From assembly GCA_965205025.1 (NCBI GenBank), contig CBDBFU010000013.1, positions 224,001 through 288,000 on the forward strand: a stretch of DNA of 64,000 nt. The letters are read 5' to 3'. The DNA comes from Candidatus Poribacteria bacterium (GTDB lineage: Bacteria; Poribacteria; WGA-4E; WGA-3G). The notes below the pieces were generated by a model. That model worked only from the letters and a program-made list of their open reading frames with translations. It had not been told where the DNA came from and ran no database searches. A program made the position numbers and the translations under genes. This document shows, piece after piece, positions 18,784-29,903 of this stretch (positions are counted from its first letter, which is position 1; each line of letters starts with the position of its first letter).

Positions 18784-20073
18784 GTGCTTGACCTTAAATA
18801 TATTCGTGAAAATGTAGATGCTGTACGCCAAATGTTAGAACATCGTAAGACTGAAGTCGATTTAGATAAACTTATTGAATTGGATTCACTTTGGCGAGAT
18901 AATTTGACCCATACACAAACACTGCAGGCACACCAGAACGAAGTTTCACAGCAGATAGCAGAGAGAAAAAAAGCAAAAGAAGATGCTACAGAGACTATTG
19001 CCGAAATGCGGAAACTCTCTCAAGAGATTAAAGAACGTACAGCAGAAGCAACTGATCTTAGAGTTGAGATAGATGCTATCCTTTTGATGATTCCAAATAT
19101 GCCAGAGGAAACCACACCTGTGGGAATAAGTGAAGACGATAACACTGAAATCAAGACATGGGGTGAAAAACCGAGTTATAACTTTGAATTAAAACCACAC
19201 TGGGAAATCGCTGAACAGTTAGATATTGTAGATTTTCAACGCGGGGTAAAAGTTGCAGGAAGCAACTTTGTGGTCTTTAAGGGTGTTGGTGCTCGTTTGG
19301 AACGTGCTTTGATTCAGTTTATGCTTGATTTACACACCACGCAACACGGATACACAGAAATATCCCCACCTTTCCTGGCAAATCGTCCAGCAATGACGGG
19401 TGCAGGTCAAATTCCTAAGATGGAATCTGATATGTATCGATGTGATAGAGACGAAGAGAATCCAGAAACTGACCTATTTCTAATTCCAACCGCAGAAGTG
19501 CCGGTAACAAATCTGTTCGCAGATGAAATCTTACCTGTAGATGAATTGCCTATCTACTATACAGCATATACCCCCTGTTTTCGACGGGAAGCAGGAGCAT
19601 ACGGAAAAGATACACGTGGACTACAACGAATCCATCAATTTGACAAGGTCGAAATGGTGAAGTTTACTACACCAGAAGCATCTTACTCCGAGCATGAATC
19701 GTTATTAGAAAATGCTGAGAGTGTGTTACAAGCACTAGGGCTTCCTTATCGTGTGGTGCAACATTGCACAGTTGAACTATCCTTTGCTGCTGCGAAATGT
19801 TACGATATTGAGGTATGGGCACCGGCAGGTGAGAAATTCTTAGAGGTTTCCTCATGTAGCAACTTTGAAGATTTCCAAGCACGACGTGCGAATATCAGAT
19901 ATCGTCCAGAAGTCGGGGCAAAACCTGAGTTCATTCACACTCTTAATGCGTCCGGAACAGCATTACCGCGTGTTGTGATTGCACTTCTTGAAACCTACCA
20001 GAATCCTGATGGAACAGTCCGTATTCCTGCGGTGTTACAACCGTATATGGGTGGCTTGAAGCAAATAGGGTAA
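18784..20073 (+). CDS. serS: Seryl-tRNA synthetase
   Basis: LIPTAEVP, FRREAGAYGKDTRGLQRIHQFDKVE, EVSSCSN, TLNASG; GAGGAG RBS favours GTG18784. Confidence 0.97.
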   Translation: MLDLKYIRENVDAVRQMLEHRKTEVDLDKLIELDSLWRDNLTHTQTLQAHQNEVSQQIAERKKAKEDATETIAEMRKLSQEIKERTAEATDLRVEIDAILLMIPNMPEETTPVGISEDDNTEIKTWGEKPSYNFELKPHWEIAEQLDIVDFQRGVKVAGSNFVVFKGVGARLERALIQFMLDLHTTQHGYTEISPPFLANRPAMTGAGQIPKMESDMYRCDRDEENPETDLFLIPTAEVPVTNLFADEILPVDELPIYYTAYTPCFRREAGAYGKDTRGLQRIHQFDKVEMVKFTTPEASYSEHESLLENAESVLQALGLPYRVVQHCTVELSFAAAKCYDIEVWAPAGEKFLEVSSCSNFEDFQARRANIRYRPEVGAKPEFIHTLNASGTALPRVVIALLETYQNPDGTVRIPAVLQPYMGGLKQIG

Positions 20074-20144
20074 TCGATTATCTCAACAATTATCTAATGA
20101 TTATTCTGTGAAGTATAATCTGGTTTGAATCCTCGGGTGGTGTT

Positions 20145-21248
20145 CTAATTGTTGGATTCTAAGCGTGGACGTAGTACAGGTAATTCTTTTAGGAGTACAC
20201 TACTCTGTTTAGGTTGTTGATCCAGTTGATTATCCAGAATTTCTCCATTTGTTTCAATCGTAAATCCTGCATCCTGAATCATCTGTAATGTACGGGATGC
20301 TGCTGTGCCTTCCGCATTCAAATAACCATCTATAAACATCGAATTCGCCGGATAGAGAGACATTACCTCCATGCCGCGCAAATGATGTTCCCTACCTGCA
20401 GCTACACGTATCTCAGAACGAGGATTGAGAAATCTAAAGAGACATAAAACTCGGAGACAGAAATCTGGAGTTAGGATAGGAGATCCGTTCTGTTCAACCA
20501 ATTGTATTTCTGATAGTTGTGTACCTTCAATCGGAAGGAAAAAGTTAACCGGTATAGAAGCGATTTCTAATCGTCGTAATTCTTTAGCAACTCGGATTAA
20601 ATCCACTACATCTTCACCCATTCCAACAATTACACCTGAACAACAAGCCAGTCCAGCTGTCTGTGCAGCCAGTAAAGTATCCATCCTATCTTGATAAGTG
20701 TGTGTTGTACATATATTTGGATAGTGGGATTCAGATGTATTCAGATTATGATTCAATCGGTCCAAACCTGCTTCTTTTAAAGTATGTGCTGCGGGTTCAT
20801 CAATCAATCCTACGGATAAACATACCTCAATCGGGAAATGTTCCTTAACGGTTCTTATTATATTTGCCATTTGCTGGACACGTTTTGATGATGGACCGCG
20901 TCCACTCATGACGATACAGTAACGGTATGCTCCAGATTGATACGCTTTTTCTGCTTCAGCAATTATTTCAGATTCAGGTTTTAAGGCATAGGTATCAATG
21001 TCTGTTGTGGCAGTTTTTGCTTGAACGCAGTAATAACAATCTTCCGGACAATTACCGTTCTGTGCGTTATTTAGAATATGTAGTTGGACTGTATTATTAT
21101 GATAGGTTTTACGCACTTGATAGGCAGCATTTAACAAAGGGAGTAGTTCTATCTCTGAATCGGATAAGATTCTCTCACAGGTTATGTCAGAATGTATCTC
21201 ATCTTGCAAACTGATGGTGGTTATATCTTGATAGAATGAAGAGGTCAT
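20145..21248 (-). CDS. bioB: Biotin synthase (radical SAM)
   Basis: CPEDCYYC, LNHNLNTS, IPVNF, RVAAGRE. Confidence 0.95.
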   Translation of the reverse strand: MTSSFYQDITTISLQDEIHSDITCERILSDSEIELLPLLNAAYQVRKTYHNNTVQLHILNNAQNGNCPEDCYYCVQAKTATTDIDTYALKPESEIIAEAEKAYQSGAYRYCIVMSGRGPSSKRVQQMANIIRTVKEHFPIEVCLSVGLIDEPAAHTLKEAGLDRLNHNLNTSESHYPNICTTHTYQDRMDTLLAAQTAGLACCSGVIVGMGEDVVDLIRVAKELRRLEIASIPVNFFLPIEGTQLSEIQLVEQNGSPILTPDFCLRVLCLFRFLNPRSEIRVAAGREHHLRGMEVMSLYPANSMFIDGYLNAEGTAASRTLQMIQDAGFTIETNGEILDNQLDQQPKQSSVLLKELPVLRPRLESNN

Positions 21249-21294
21249 TATTATCTTTCGTTTGGATTGTTAGGATTATACTATTAGATTTTCT

Positions 21295-22107
21295 TTAAAT
21301 ATCCCAAGCAATATCAGTAGGATTAAATACTGGTCCTTCAGTACATACCCGTTGATATTCAATCTGATCCTCATCCACACGAATAGGACAAACACATCCG
21401 AGGCACACACCTAATGCACATCCCATTCGATTTTCCATTGCAACCTGTGTAGGAACATCATGACTGGTTGTAATCTTGTTAACAGCAGCGAGCATACCGT
21501 GAGGACCACAGGCGTAGATGGCAGGATTCTTAATACGTGAATTAGTAAGCATGTTGCTTAAAATATCGGTGACAAATCCGTGATGTCCTATGCTGCCATC
21601 ATCGGTTGCAATATGTACTGAAACCCCAATTACTTTCAAATCATCTATACTCAGCAACCTTCGCCGGTGTTGTGCCCCTACCAAAGCGTGTGTTTCTCTA
21701 TTTTCATTCCGCAACGCTGCGGCGAGTAACATCAATGAAGCAATTCCAGCACCACCCCCAACTAAGATCGCTGTTGTAGTAGATTTCTTGATTTCAAATG
21801 TGTTCCCAAGTGGTCCCAGGATATGTATTGGACTTCCTTTTCCCATTTCAGACAGCCGTAACGTCCCTTCACCGATGACTTGATACAGCATTGTTATCTC
21901 ATGGCTATCCACGGAATAAACTGTGAAAGGACGTCGAAGCAGAAGACCCGCACCATTTGACCCCGTACCATTTAAAATGAGTACATGTATGAATTGTCCT
22001 GGTTGGACATGCTTGGCAATATCTGGACACTCACAACGTAAAAGATAATGATCTTCAGCAACATTCTCATTTGAGAGAATTGTTGTGTGAATGTCGAATC
22101 TATTCAT
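21295..22107 (-). CDS. pyrK: Dihydroorotate dehydrogenase electron transfer subunit
   Basis: PGQF, LRRPF, GPLGN, GGGAGIA, CGPHGM, RMGCALGVCLGC...CTEGPVF. Confidence 0.9.
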   Translation of the reverse strand: MNRFDIHTTILSNENVAEDHYLLRCECPDIAKHVQPGQFIHVLILNGTGSNGAGLLLRRPFTVYSVDSHEITMLYQVIGEGTLRLSEMGKGSPIHILGPLGNTFEIKKSTTTAILVGGGAGIASLMLLAAALRNENRETHALVGAQHRRRLLSIDDLKVIGVSVHIATDDGSIGHHGFVTDILSNMLTNSRIKNPAIYACGPHGMLAAVNKITTSHDVPTQVAMENRMGCALGVCLGCVCPIRVDEDQIEYQRVCTEGPVFNPTDIAWDI

Positions 22108-22249
22108 GAGTAATAAGTGACATATTAAGAATACTTAGGATTGGAATAAAACATATAGGTACACTGACCTACAATTGCCAGTCAACAATTTAGTGGCAAA
22201 TTATACCATTATCAATAAGGTAAGACAATACAAAAGCAGTGAGATGAAA

Positions 22250-22612
22250 TTATAGATTATATGTAGGAGATACTGAAACCTGTTTTTTTATTCGATATCG
22301 GAAAGGTAACCCCCGCCACAGACCTAAGAGAATGCCAACAATTGGCCAGAGTAAGAACCCATATTCTCCTGTTGGTGTGAGAACTAAGACAATCTTTTCT
22401 GGGGTAGTTAACGCGGCTCCACTATTCGCTTGGTTATGTATATCTCTAACAATCCCATAGAATGCAATCAAATCGTCTTTCATCTGTAGTTTTATCTCTG
22501 CATCCGCTAATGTACTATAAAAGATAAATGGCATTACTGGATAATACCATAAGATTCCTAAAAAAACGAAAACTAAGAAATAGACACAGATAAAAAGAAA
22601 TGTTCTCTTCAT
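22250..22612 (-). CDS. Small membrane protein
   Basis: AGGA RBS, two hydrophobic segments. Confidence 0.6.
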   Translation of the reverse strand: MKRTFLFICVYFLVFVFLGILWYYPVMPFIFYSTLADAEIKLQMKDDLIAFYGIVRDIHNQANSGAALTTPEKIVLVLTPTGEYGFLLWPIVGILLGLWRGLPFRYRIKKQVSVSPTYNL

Positions 22613-23139
22613 AATATAATTCCTAAGTTTTTGATATCGTGCCTTTAAAACTTGATAGAGTTTATCTTTCTCTACATAGAATAAAGCGGCTAATTAATCT
22701 TTTTATCACAGCACATATATGACAATTCAACTATTTTGTTACAAATTACATAATAGAAAATCCTATGTCTATCTGAAAACCTTTACAACCATTGAATTTA
22801 GCAACTAATAAATCCGGATCCTGCAAAAATTGTCCTGATTGATGATGGGTTGCTTTGTATAGATTGTATAGATTTTAAACGTCACTTTTTGGTAACTGTT
22901 TCTATAATATTCGAAAAATACATGGACTAATTTGTTGTAAATGACAATTGACTAAGATACATTCAGATTAAACTATCTTTTTCATTTTTAGCATCTCTAT
23001 AAAGACGATGTATAGTTTAAGGTGGTCTACCAATGTGTCTATGTGTAAGTGTATTTCAAAGTTATGTAGACAAACTCCTTGAATTTGCTTGCATATTTTC
23101 CTAAATATGATTATATTAACACGGGAGGAAAATATAAAA

Positions 23140-24084
23140 GTGGATAACAAGCTGAAATTTCGAGAAGACGGATCCTTTAAAATTGTCCAGTATACTGACA
23201 TTCATTGGCAAAATGGTGATGGTCCAGATGTACAATCTGGAGAATTAATGAGACAAATTGCACTTGCAGAATCACCGGATTTAATTGTGATGACAGGTGA
23301 TATGTTATCTGGTGGAGGTTGCAAAGATGCAGCTGAATCCTTAAGACAAATTACAAGGATACTTGATGAATGTGGTTTCTTATGGACCGCTGTATTCGGA
23401 AATCACGATGATGAAGGTACGGCAAGCCGTACCGAACTAATGGATGTCATGCAAGAAAGCGAACTATGTCTTGCAGAGCATGGTCCAGAAGATATTACAG
23501 GTGTGGGTAATTACTCTCTAACTATAGAAGGTTCAAATACCGCTGAACCAGCAGCACTATTATATTTTATTGATTCTGGTAGTTATGCCCCAACAGATAT
23601 TGGAGGGTGGGACTGGATCAGACGCGATCAGATAGCATGGTATCTTAGTGAATCTGAAATGCATGCTAAGGCCGTTGGGTCAAAACTTCCGGCGCTTGCT
23701 TTCTTTCATATCCCAATACCTGAATATGATGAAGTATGGGATTTCCATACATGTTATGGATTCAAATATGAGAAGGTTTGCGCACCAGAAATTAATACAG
23801 GGTTTTTTGCTGCCCTACACGAAGCCGGGGATGTAATCGGAACATTTGTCGGACATGAACATATTAATGATTATTGGGGAGAGTTACACGGAATACGTCT
23901 CTGTTATGGCAGAACTACTGGCTACAATTGCTACGGTCGAGAAGGGATGCCACGCGGGGCGCGGGTGATTGAACTCCGGGAGAATGAACGCCAATTCGAT
24001 TCCTGGATTCACCGCGCTGATAAGATTATAGTACGTGAACAGCAGGAACATACACCCCTTGAACGTACTTTTACCGAAGATTAA
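23140..24084 (+). CDS. Calcineurin-like metallophosphoesterase (Dcr2/PAP-like)
   Basis: TDIH, TGD, GNHD, FFHIP, GHEH motifs; GGAGG RBS favours GTG23140. Confidence 0.9.
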   Translation: MDNKLKFREDGSFKIVQYTDIHWQNGDGPDVQSGELMRQIALAESPDLIVMTGDMLSGGGCKDAAESLRQITRILDECGFLWTAVFGNHDDEGTASRTELMDVMQESELCLAEHGPEDITGVGNYSLTIEGSNTAEPAALLYFIDSGSYAPTDIGGWDWIRRDQIAWYLSESEMHAKAVGSKLPALAFFHIPIPEYDEVWDFHTCYGFKYEKVCAPEINTGFFAALHEAGDVIGTFVGHEHINDYWGELHGIRLCYGRTTGYNCYGREGMPRGARVIELRENERQFDSWIHRADKIIVREQQEHTPLERTFTED

Positions 24085-24125
24085 TCACTCTGTTATTACA
24101 AATTACGGTTCTTTAGGAGGATAGT

Positions 24126-24470
24126 GTGAGAGCACAACCACAGATTACTATTCGACATGAAGGTGACGTCGCGATTTTTGATATTACCGGATACTTAACT
24201 AATGAATCTGAAGATGCTATGAATGATGCTTATGCAGAAAATGGTATACAAGAGACAAAAAAACTATTACTCAATTTCGACCGCCAAAGCTTCATCACCA
24301 GTAGTGGTTTTGGGACTATAATAAAACTACTATGGAAGACACGGGAAAACGGACAGTCTCTACGAATAGCACATCCAGCCATGCAAGTGCGAACTATTTT
24401 CAATACCATTGGGTTGACACAGAGTATCGGTGTATATGAGTCAGAAGCACAAGCGTTAGAAGATTTTTAG
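24126..24470 (+). CDS. STAS-domain anti-sigma-factor antagonist
   Basis: FITSSGFG, size, AGGAGG RBS. Confidence 0.85.
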   Translation: MRAQPQITIRHEGDVAIFDITGYLTNESEDAMNDAYAENGIQETKKLLLNFDRQSFITSSGFGTIIKLLWKTRENGQSLRIAHPAMQVRTIFNTIGLTQSIGVYESEAQALEDF

Positions 24471-24474
24471 TTGG

Positions 24475-26368
24475 CTATGGAAATAGGGTGTACATGTTCT
24501 TACTAAATATCACACCTAATAGACTCCATAGACTTCCTGCAAGGAACTGACCGAAAATCAGACCTAAAAACAGTGGTAATGCTTTACGATATGATCCTAC
24601 TCCACCCCCTGTGAATAGTATCCTCTTAAAGAGCCAACCTAAGAAAATTGAAAACCACATCCATCCAATTGCCCAACCATTCCCTACGGCATAACCCACA
24701 GGATAAAACGGCCACCATAAAAACTGCCGTTTGAGAATGGTTAATATACCGGTTAAAACAAACCCAAAACCCATATGTTGGATGGCAGTGAGATTCGGGG
24801 CACGCGGTGTTGTAATCCAGTTCTGCAATCTGTTAAATTCACCCACACCCCACAGCGCAAACCTATATTCATAGTATAATGCAACATGACCAACAATGGA
24901 TATGATGGCTCCAACAATGGACGCAATTATTAAGGCAATAACAATCCTGTTCTCCCGTAGCCGAAATTGCCGACCAATTTTAAATGCCTCCAATTGATGA
25001 GGCATCGGATGACACCGATAACCGTATGCAAGCCAGGATAGTAATGTTGTATTCGTAAGATTCTGTGCGCCAAGGGGGACGACTTCCCATAAATAACAGC
25101 ATTATACGGTCCGGATGTACTCCATGTAACTCATGTGTAGGAGGTCCAAGTTCAGCGCGCATGCGTGTCATTCCAATACATAGTACAAAGTAAATTCCAA
25201 AATAACCGAGTGTAACCCATGGGGACAACCCCGCAAAATACCAAAATACTAATACACATCCCAATCCAACTAAAAATCCAAACACTGCAAGGTTATATAA
25301 TGGATCCTTCGATTTAAAGGTGAAGACTCCTCGTAGTACTCTAAGAATTTCACGTCTACTCGTTATCAATGCCAGTAACCCTATACCAATCCATGCGCCT
25401 GTCCGTTGTTCAGTCTGAAAACTGATAGCCGTTGTCCATCCGGTTGCTGTAAATAAGACCCGTTGTAGTCCCCAGAATAGATAAAATCCCCAGAAAGATA
25501 GTGCTAAATCTAACGGCATTAGATACCCAAGTCCGATAGCAAATGGGTATACATAAATGGGTAACCGTCCAATAGCATTCCACGGTCTATCCGAAAAATA
25601 GAGTTGATACTTTATCTTCAATGAAGGAATTACGGGGAAAAGATAATTTAACCCAGCAAGAATCTCAAGTGTAAAGGCAATCCCGAACCCTAACCAAATC
25701 AGTTTATTTCGGAATAAACTGGATGTGTTTCCCAGTAGTTCTACGGGAAGTGTTGTTAAGGGATAACTGAGTTTCTCATGGTCAATCCACTGTCTACGGA
25801 TGATGATATTAACACATAGCATCATAAACAGAAGTATGATTACCAAAGCACTCCAGGCAATTATCGGCCACATCCACGCTTCCATATAGCGGGATTGCCA
25901 AAAGGTGTCATCTCCTTCAAAGTATCCTTGTAATATCTTACGGTCGGTAATAGTTAACCACGTTGGCAAGAAACGAAAAAAGATGTCTGACCATTCATTT
26001 TCCGGAGTAGCAAACCATCCCGCATTGGCAATCATCGGAACCAATTGTCGAACGATGTCGTGACCAGCAAGTGCAGTGGCAACCGATACCATGATGTAGG
26101 TCATTGCCAATTCTCGCTTAGTCGGTGCAGCGTTTCTGAATATCCTTTTAAGTATAGGTGTCAGTGCAGCAAGGAAGAAAAATGTGAATAGAACTGTCGG
26201 GAAAATTGAGAAATCTGTAAGTTCCCAAACAACCCGGTTTTCCGCCGATATTATCCAATAACAGGTGAGAATTATGAGGATTGAACCAAAAAGGAGAGTG
26301 CCAACAACAAAACGAAACGTTGATGATCTATCAACATCCTGATTCGTGTTGGAAGGGTGATCATGCAT
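24475..26368 (-). CDS. DUF6785/DUF6784-like multi-TM protein (one frameshift)
   Basis: QWIDHEKLSYPL, RMRAELGPP, MPHQLE, WWPFYPVGY; removing one base from the run at 25074-25078 fuses the two ORFs. Confidence 0.75.
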
Positions 26369-26570
26369 GTTTATATGATACCATGTTTAGGGGATATGTG
26401 GCAAAAATTAATAAGTTCTGTATGCCTGTTTGGTTCGGTTTCATTCATTGTTTTTGAATGATCCAGATCAGCCGACTTATTGCTTTCAATTGTGGTTTAT
26501 GATATTTGTCTATAGTATATTCTTATGATATAATAACTCCGATGTATTATTTCAGCAAAGGTGATAAAGA

Positions 26571-27635
26571 ATGCCACAATACGACATAAAAGATGGAAAT
26601 TTACTTCCTGACATAGATAAGATTCTAATCATCCGCGCTGATGGTATCGGGGATTTACTTAATTCCACACCTGCAATCACCTTGTTACGAAAGAACTATC
26701 CTACTGCAGAAATAACTGTCTTAGCACGTCCACTAAATGCCCCAATATTAGTTGGTAATCCGGATGTCGACAACATCCTTATTTTTGATAGAAATGGAGA
26801 ACATCGTCAACTATCAAACAGACTCCGTTTCTTCCAAAATTTGCGTCGTGAACGTTTTCAACTTGCAGTGGCAATGCAAACTGCATCATTTCCACATCTT
26901 ACCACATTTCTATCTGGCGCCACCTATCGATTAGGTCGATACCATAAAAGGTTCAAATCTACACTGACTCATTCCTGGAGAGGTACATACAAGAAAGGTG
27001 AAACACACGAAGTCGATAGAAACCTTGAACTGGTCAAGTTAATCTGTCAAGGTGAAGGTTCAAGAAAACTTGTTTTCAATCTATCGTCTGAAGAAAAGGA
27101 TGATGCACAAAGTCTTCTTTCGTCTTGGGATATTAATCATGATATGTGCCTAATTGGTATCCATCCGGGTGGTAGTTCATTCGATAAAAGATGGCCTGAA
27201 AAACAATACGCTGAATTGGCAGATAGGTTAGTGAATAGTTACGATGCCACAGTTCTAATTCTATGTGGTCCGGATGAATTGCCTTTGGCAGAATACATTA
27301 AAAAGACTATGCAATCAGAATCAATCGTTTATGCACCAAATTCAATTCGGGAATTGGGATCTCTGTTCTCTCATTGTAATTTGGTAGTATGTAATGATTC
27401 TGGTCCAATGCACATTGCAGCAGCACTGGATGTTCCAACGGTTGCGATCTTCGGTCCTACCGATCATGTAGCATGGCAGCCTATGAGTGAAAATGCATCT
27501 ATCGTTAGGCGAGACATGCCATGTTGGCCCTGTAGTGCACACAAATGTAAAATCGGATGGGAGTGTACGAAAAAACTACCCGTTGACATGGTCTGGAATA
27601 CTACTACTATGACAATAGAAGCGAGTCAGAAATGA
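26571..27635 (+). CDS. GT9 heptosyltransferase-like glycosyltransferase
   Basis: DGIGDL, HPGG..KRWP, NDSGPMHIAAA, FGPT. Confidence 0.9.
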   Translation: MPQYDIKDGNLLPDIDKILIIRADGIGDLLNSTPAITLLRKNYPTAEITVLARPLNAPILVGNPDVDNILIFDRNGEHRQLSNRLRFFQNLRRERFQLAVAMQTASFPHLTTFLSGATYRLGRYHKRFKSTLTHSWRGTYKKGETHEVDRNLELVKLICQGEGSRKLVFNLSSEEKDDAQSLLSSWDINHDMCLIGIHPGGSSFDKRWPEKQYAELADRLVNSYDATVLILCGPDELPLAEYIKKTMQSESIVYAPNSIRELGSLFSHCNLVVCNDSGPMHIAAALDVPTVAIFGPTDHVAWQPMSENASIVRRDMPCWPCSAHKCKIGWECTKKLPVDMVWNTTTMTIEASQK

Positions 27636-28876
27636 AGATAATCGTGGTAGGATGGGGAACTACAGGTGATGTGTATCCATTATTAGCTTTGTCTGAACGG
27701 CTTAGTATAGAGTATCAGGTACGGGTCTGTGCCCCTTCGATTTATAAAGATAAAATTTCACAAATTGGCATAGACTACTATCAAGTAGGAACGACTTTCG
27801 ACCTTACTGAATTTCATCAGACGATGGATTCACTCATAAAAATGCGTGATCCAATGGCACCACTTGTGTTAATTGCTAAGGAGGGAATACTGCGGCATGG
27901 TGAAAATTGGTATCACGATTGTCTTGAAGCTATGAAAGATTACGATTTGGTTGTATGTCATTCCATAGACATTCCTGCCCAAGAGGCAGCCATTCGATTG
28001 GGGATACCTTGGATAACAGTAACGTATTGTCCTGGGTTTATCAAAACCCCTGGTAATGCCCCATATCCTTTTCCAAATTGGAGTCGTACATTCAATAGGT
28101 TAATTTGGAGTATGGTCAGGTTTCGTCTTCGGCATGCTATTGATCCACTTTTTAATCAATTTATTATATCTGTCGGAGGAAATCCAAGATCCTCAGTGGC
28201 ATCAGATGAGATGTATTCACCGCACCTGAACCTTATCGCTGCATCTCCTGCAATCTCTACATCAGCAGAATTACCGTCCAACCATAAAACCACGGGTGTT
28301 TGGTCTCTTCCAGAACAGGACTACACACCACCATCAAATCTTGTTGCCTTCATAGAAGATGGTCCTCCACCGATTATCATTTCATTTGGATCAATGGGAG
28401 GAAGTGATGGAGCAGAGACAACTCAGATCCTAATTGATGCTATTAGAATGACAGACCAACGCGCAGTAATTCAAGCAGGTTGGGGACTATTAGGTTCAGA
28501 AGATACAGAGACAGACATCTACTTTACAGATTACGTGCCACACAATTGGTTATTTCCAAAAGGATCTTGTGTGATACATCACGGGGGAGCGGGAACTACT
28601 GCAGCTGTATGTAAATCTAAAGTCCCATCTATCGTTGTACCGCACATTGCTGACCAATTCTATTGGGGAAAACGTCTATCTAATATCGGGGTTGCACCAA
28701 AAAGTCTACCTCGACGAAACCTAACTGCAAAACGATTGGCAAGTCGAATTCAACAGGTGATGAATACGCCTGCTATGTCAGAGAAAGCAAAATTCTTAGG
28801 AAGGCAAATGGACTCTGAAGATGGATTGACAACTGCAGTAAATCTGATTGAATCTTTCTCTGTATCTAAGCGATGA
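27632..28876 (+). CDS. GT1 glycosyltransferase (sterol/glycolipid GT-like)
   Basis: GTTGDVYP, ISFGSM, HHGGAGTT, ADQ. Confidence 0.9.
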   Translation: MKIIVVGWGTTGDVYPLLALSERLSIEYQVRVCAPSIYKDKISQIGIDYYQVGTTFDLTEFHQTMDSLIKMRDPMAPLVLIAKEGILRHGENWYHDCLEAMKDYDLVVCHSIDIPAQEAAIRLGIPWITVTYCPGFIKTPGNAPYPFPNWSRTFNRLIWSMVRFRLRHAIDPLFNQFIISVGGNPRSSVASDEMYSPHLNLIAASPAISTSAELPSNHKTTGVWSLPEQDYTPPSNLVAFIEDGPPPIIISFGSMGGSDGAETTQILIDAIRMTDQRAVIQAGWGLLGSEDTETDIYFTDYVPHNWLFPKGSCVIHHGGAGTTAAVCKSKVPSIVVPHIADQFYWGKRLSNIGVAPKSLPRRNLTAKRLASRIQQVMNTPAMSEKAKFLGRQMDSEDGLTTAVNLIESFSVSKR

Positions 28877-29853
28877 AGAAAATCCTTGTATTTAGCTTCA
28901 GTTTTATCGGTGATGCAGTATTATCCACCGCAATCATCCAACCCCTTCGAAGACATTTCTCAAATTCACATATTACCTACCTCGTTGGTCCACTCGCTGT
29001 GAACCTTCTAACCAACGATCCACAACTTGATGCCACTTTTGCTTATGACAATCGTGGGGAACATAGTGGATTAAGAGGCAGAATAAAACTCATCAGGTCA
29101 TTACGTAGTCAGAAATTCGACCTTGTCGTCAATCTGCGGGATAGTTTTATTGCACGATGTATAGGGGCAGAACATTGGGGATTAGTACGCGGTGATAGAA
29201 ATAGACATGCAGTTACACGGTATTTAGATGTTATTACTAACTATGATGTAGACATTACGGATGCACACCCACACCTACAATTAACTGAAGACGAACATTC
29301 ACAAGCATACCGTCTGCTGACAGAAGCAGGAGTAGATTCGGATAAGTTAATAATCGGTGTTCATCCGGGTGGAAATTGGAAGTATAAGTTGTGGAGTGCT
29401 GAAAAATATGCGGAGTTATCGGATCTCCTAACAAAAAAATATAATGCTACCATTTTACTATTCGCTGGTCCAAATGAACGAAAACTCCAATCCGATGTAG
29501 TAGATATGATGAATTCTCAACCCATCATCATAGATACAGATAATCTGAGAGAAGTTGCAGCGTTAATTGCGTCCTGTAATATCTATATTGGGAATGACAC
29601 TGGACCGATGCATATTGCAGCTGCGGTAGGGACACCTGTGATTTCGCTTTTCGGGTCTACGGATCACATTCGGAGTGGTCCTTATGGTGACCAGCATACG
29701 GTTATCCAGAGTGGATTGAATTTGGGGTGTAATCCGTGTCATCCGGGACAGAATCCGGGTGGGTGCGGGGCAAGCAGCTGTGCTGTGATTGATGGGATTA
29801 CAGTGGATCAGGTTTTGAAATATGTTGACTTGCTACCCATAGAAGGAATTTAA
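28873..29853 (+). CDS. GT9 heptosyltransferase-like glycosyltransferase
   Basis: FIGDAV, HPGG..KLW, NDTGPMHIAAA. Confidence 0.9.
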   Translation: MKKILVFSFSFIGDAVLSTAIIQPLRRHFSNSHITYLVGPLAVNLLTNDPQLDATFAYDNRGEHSGLRGRIKLIRSLRSQKFDLVVNLRDSFIARCIGAEHWGLVRGDRNRHAVTRYLDVITNYDVDITDAHPHLQLTEDEHSQAYRLLTEAGVDSDKLIIGVHPGGNWKYKLWSAEKYAELSDLLTKKYNATILLFAGPNERKLQSDVVDMMNSQPIIIDTDNLREVAALIASCNIYIGNDTGPMHIAAAVGTPVISLFGSTDHIRSGPYGDQHTVIQSGLNLGCNPCHPGQNPGGCGASSCAVIDGITVDQVLKYVDLLPIEGI

Positions 29854-29903
29854 GAGATCCACTTTGTTAGTCCTATCCAAATAGAACTACTGAATACAAA
29901 GTA

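Noticed and set aside
24475-26368. Programmed ribosomal frameshift
   Set aside because: A single extra base in a 5-nt homopolymer, matching the error-like pattern seen in several other genes
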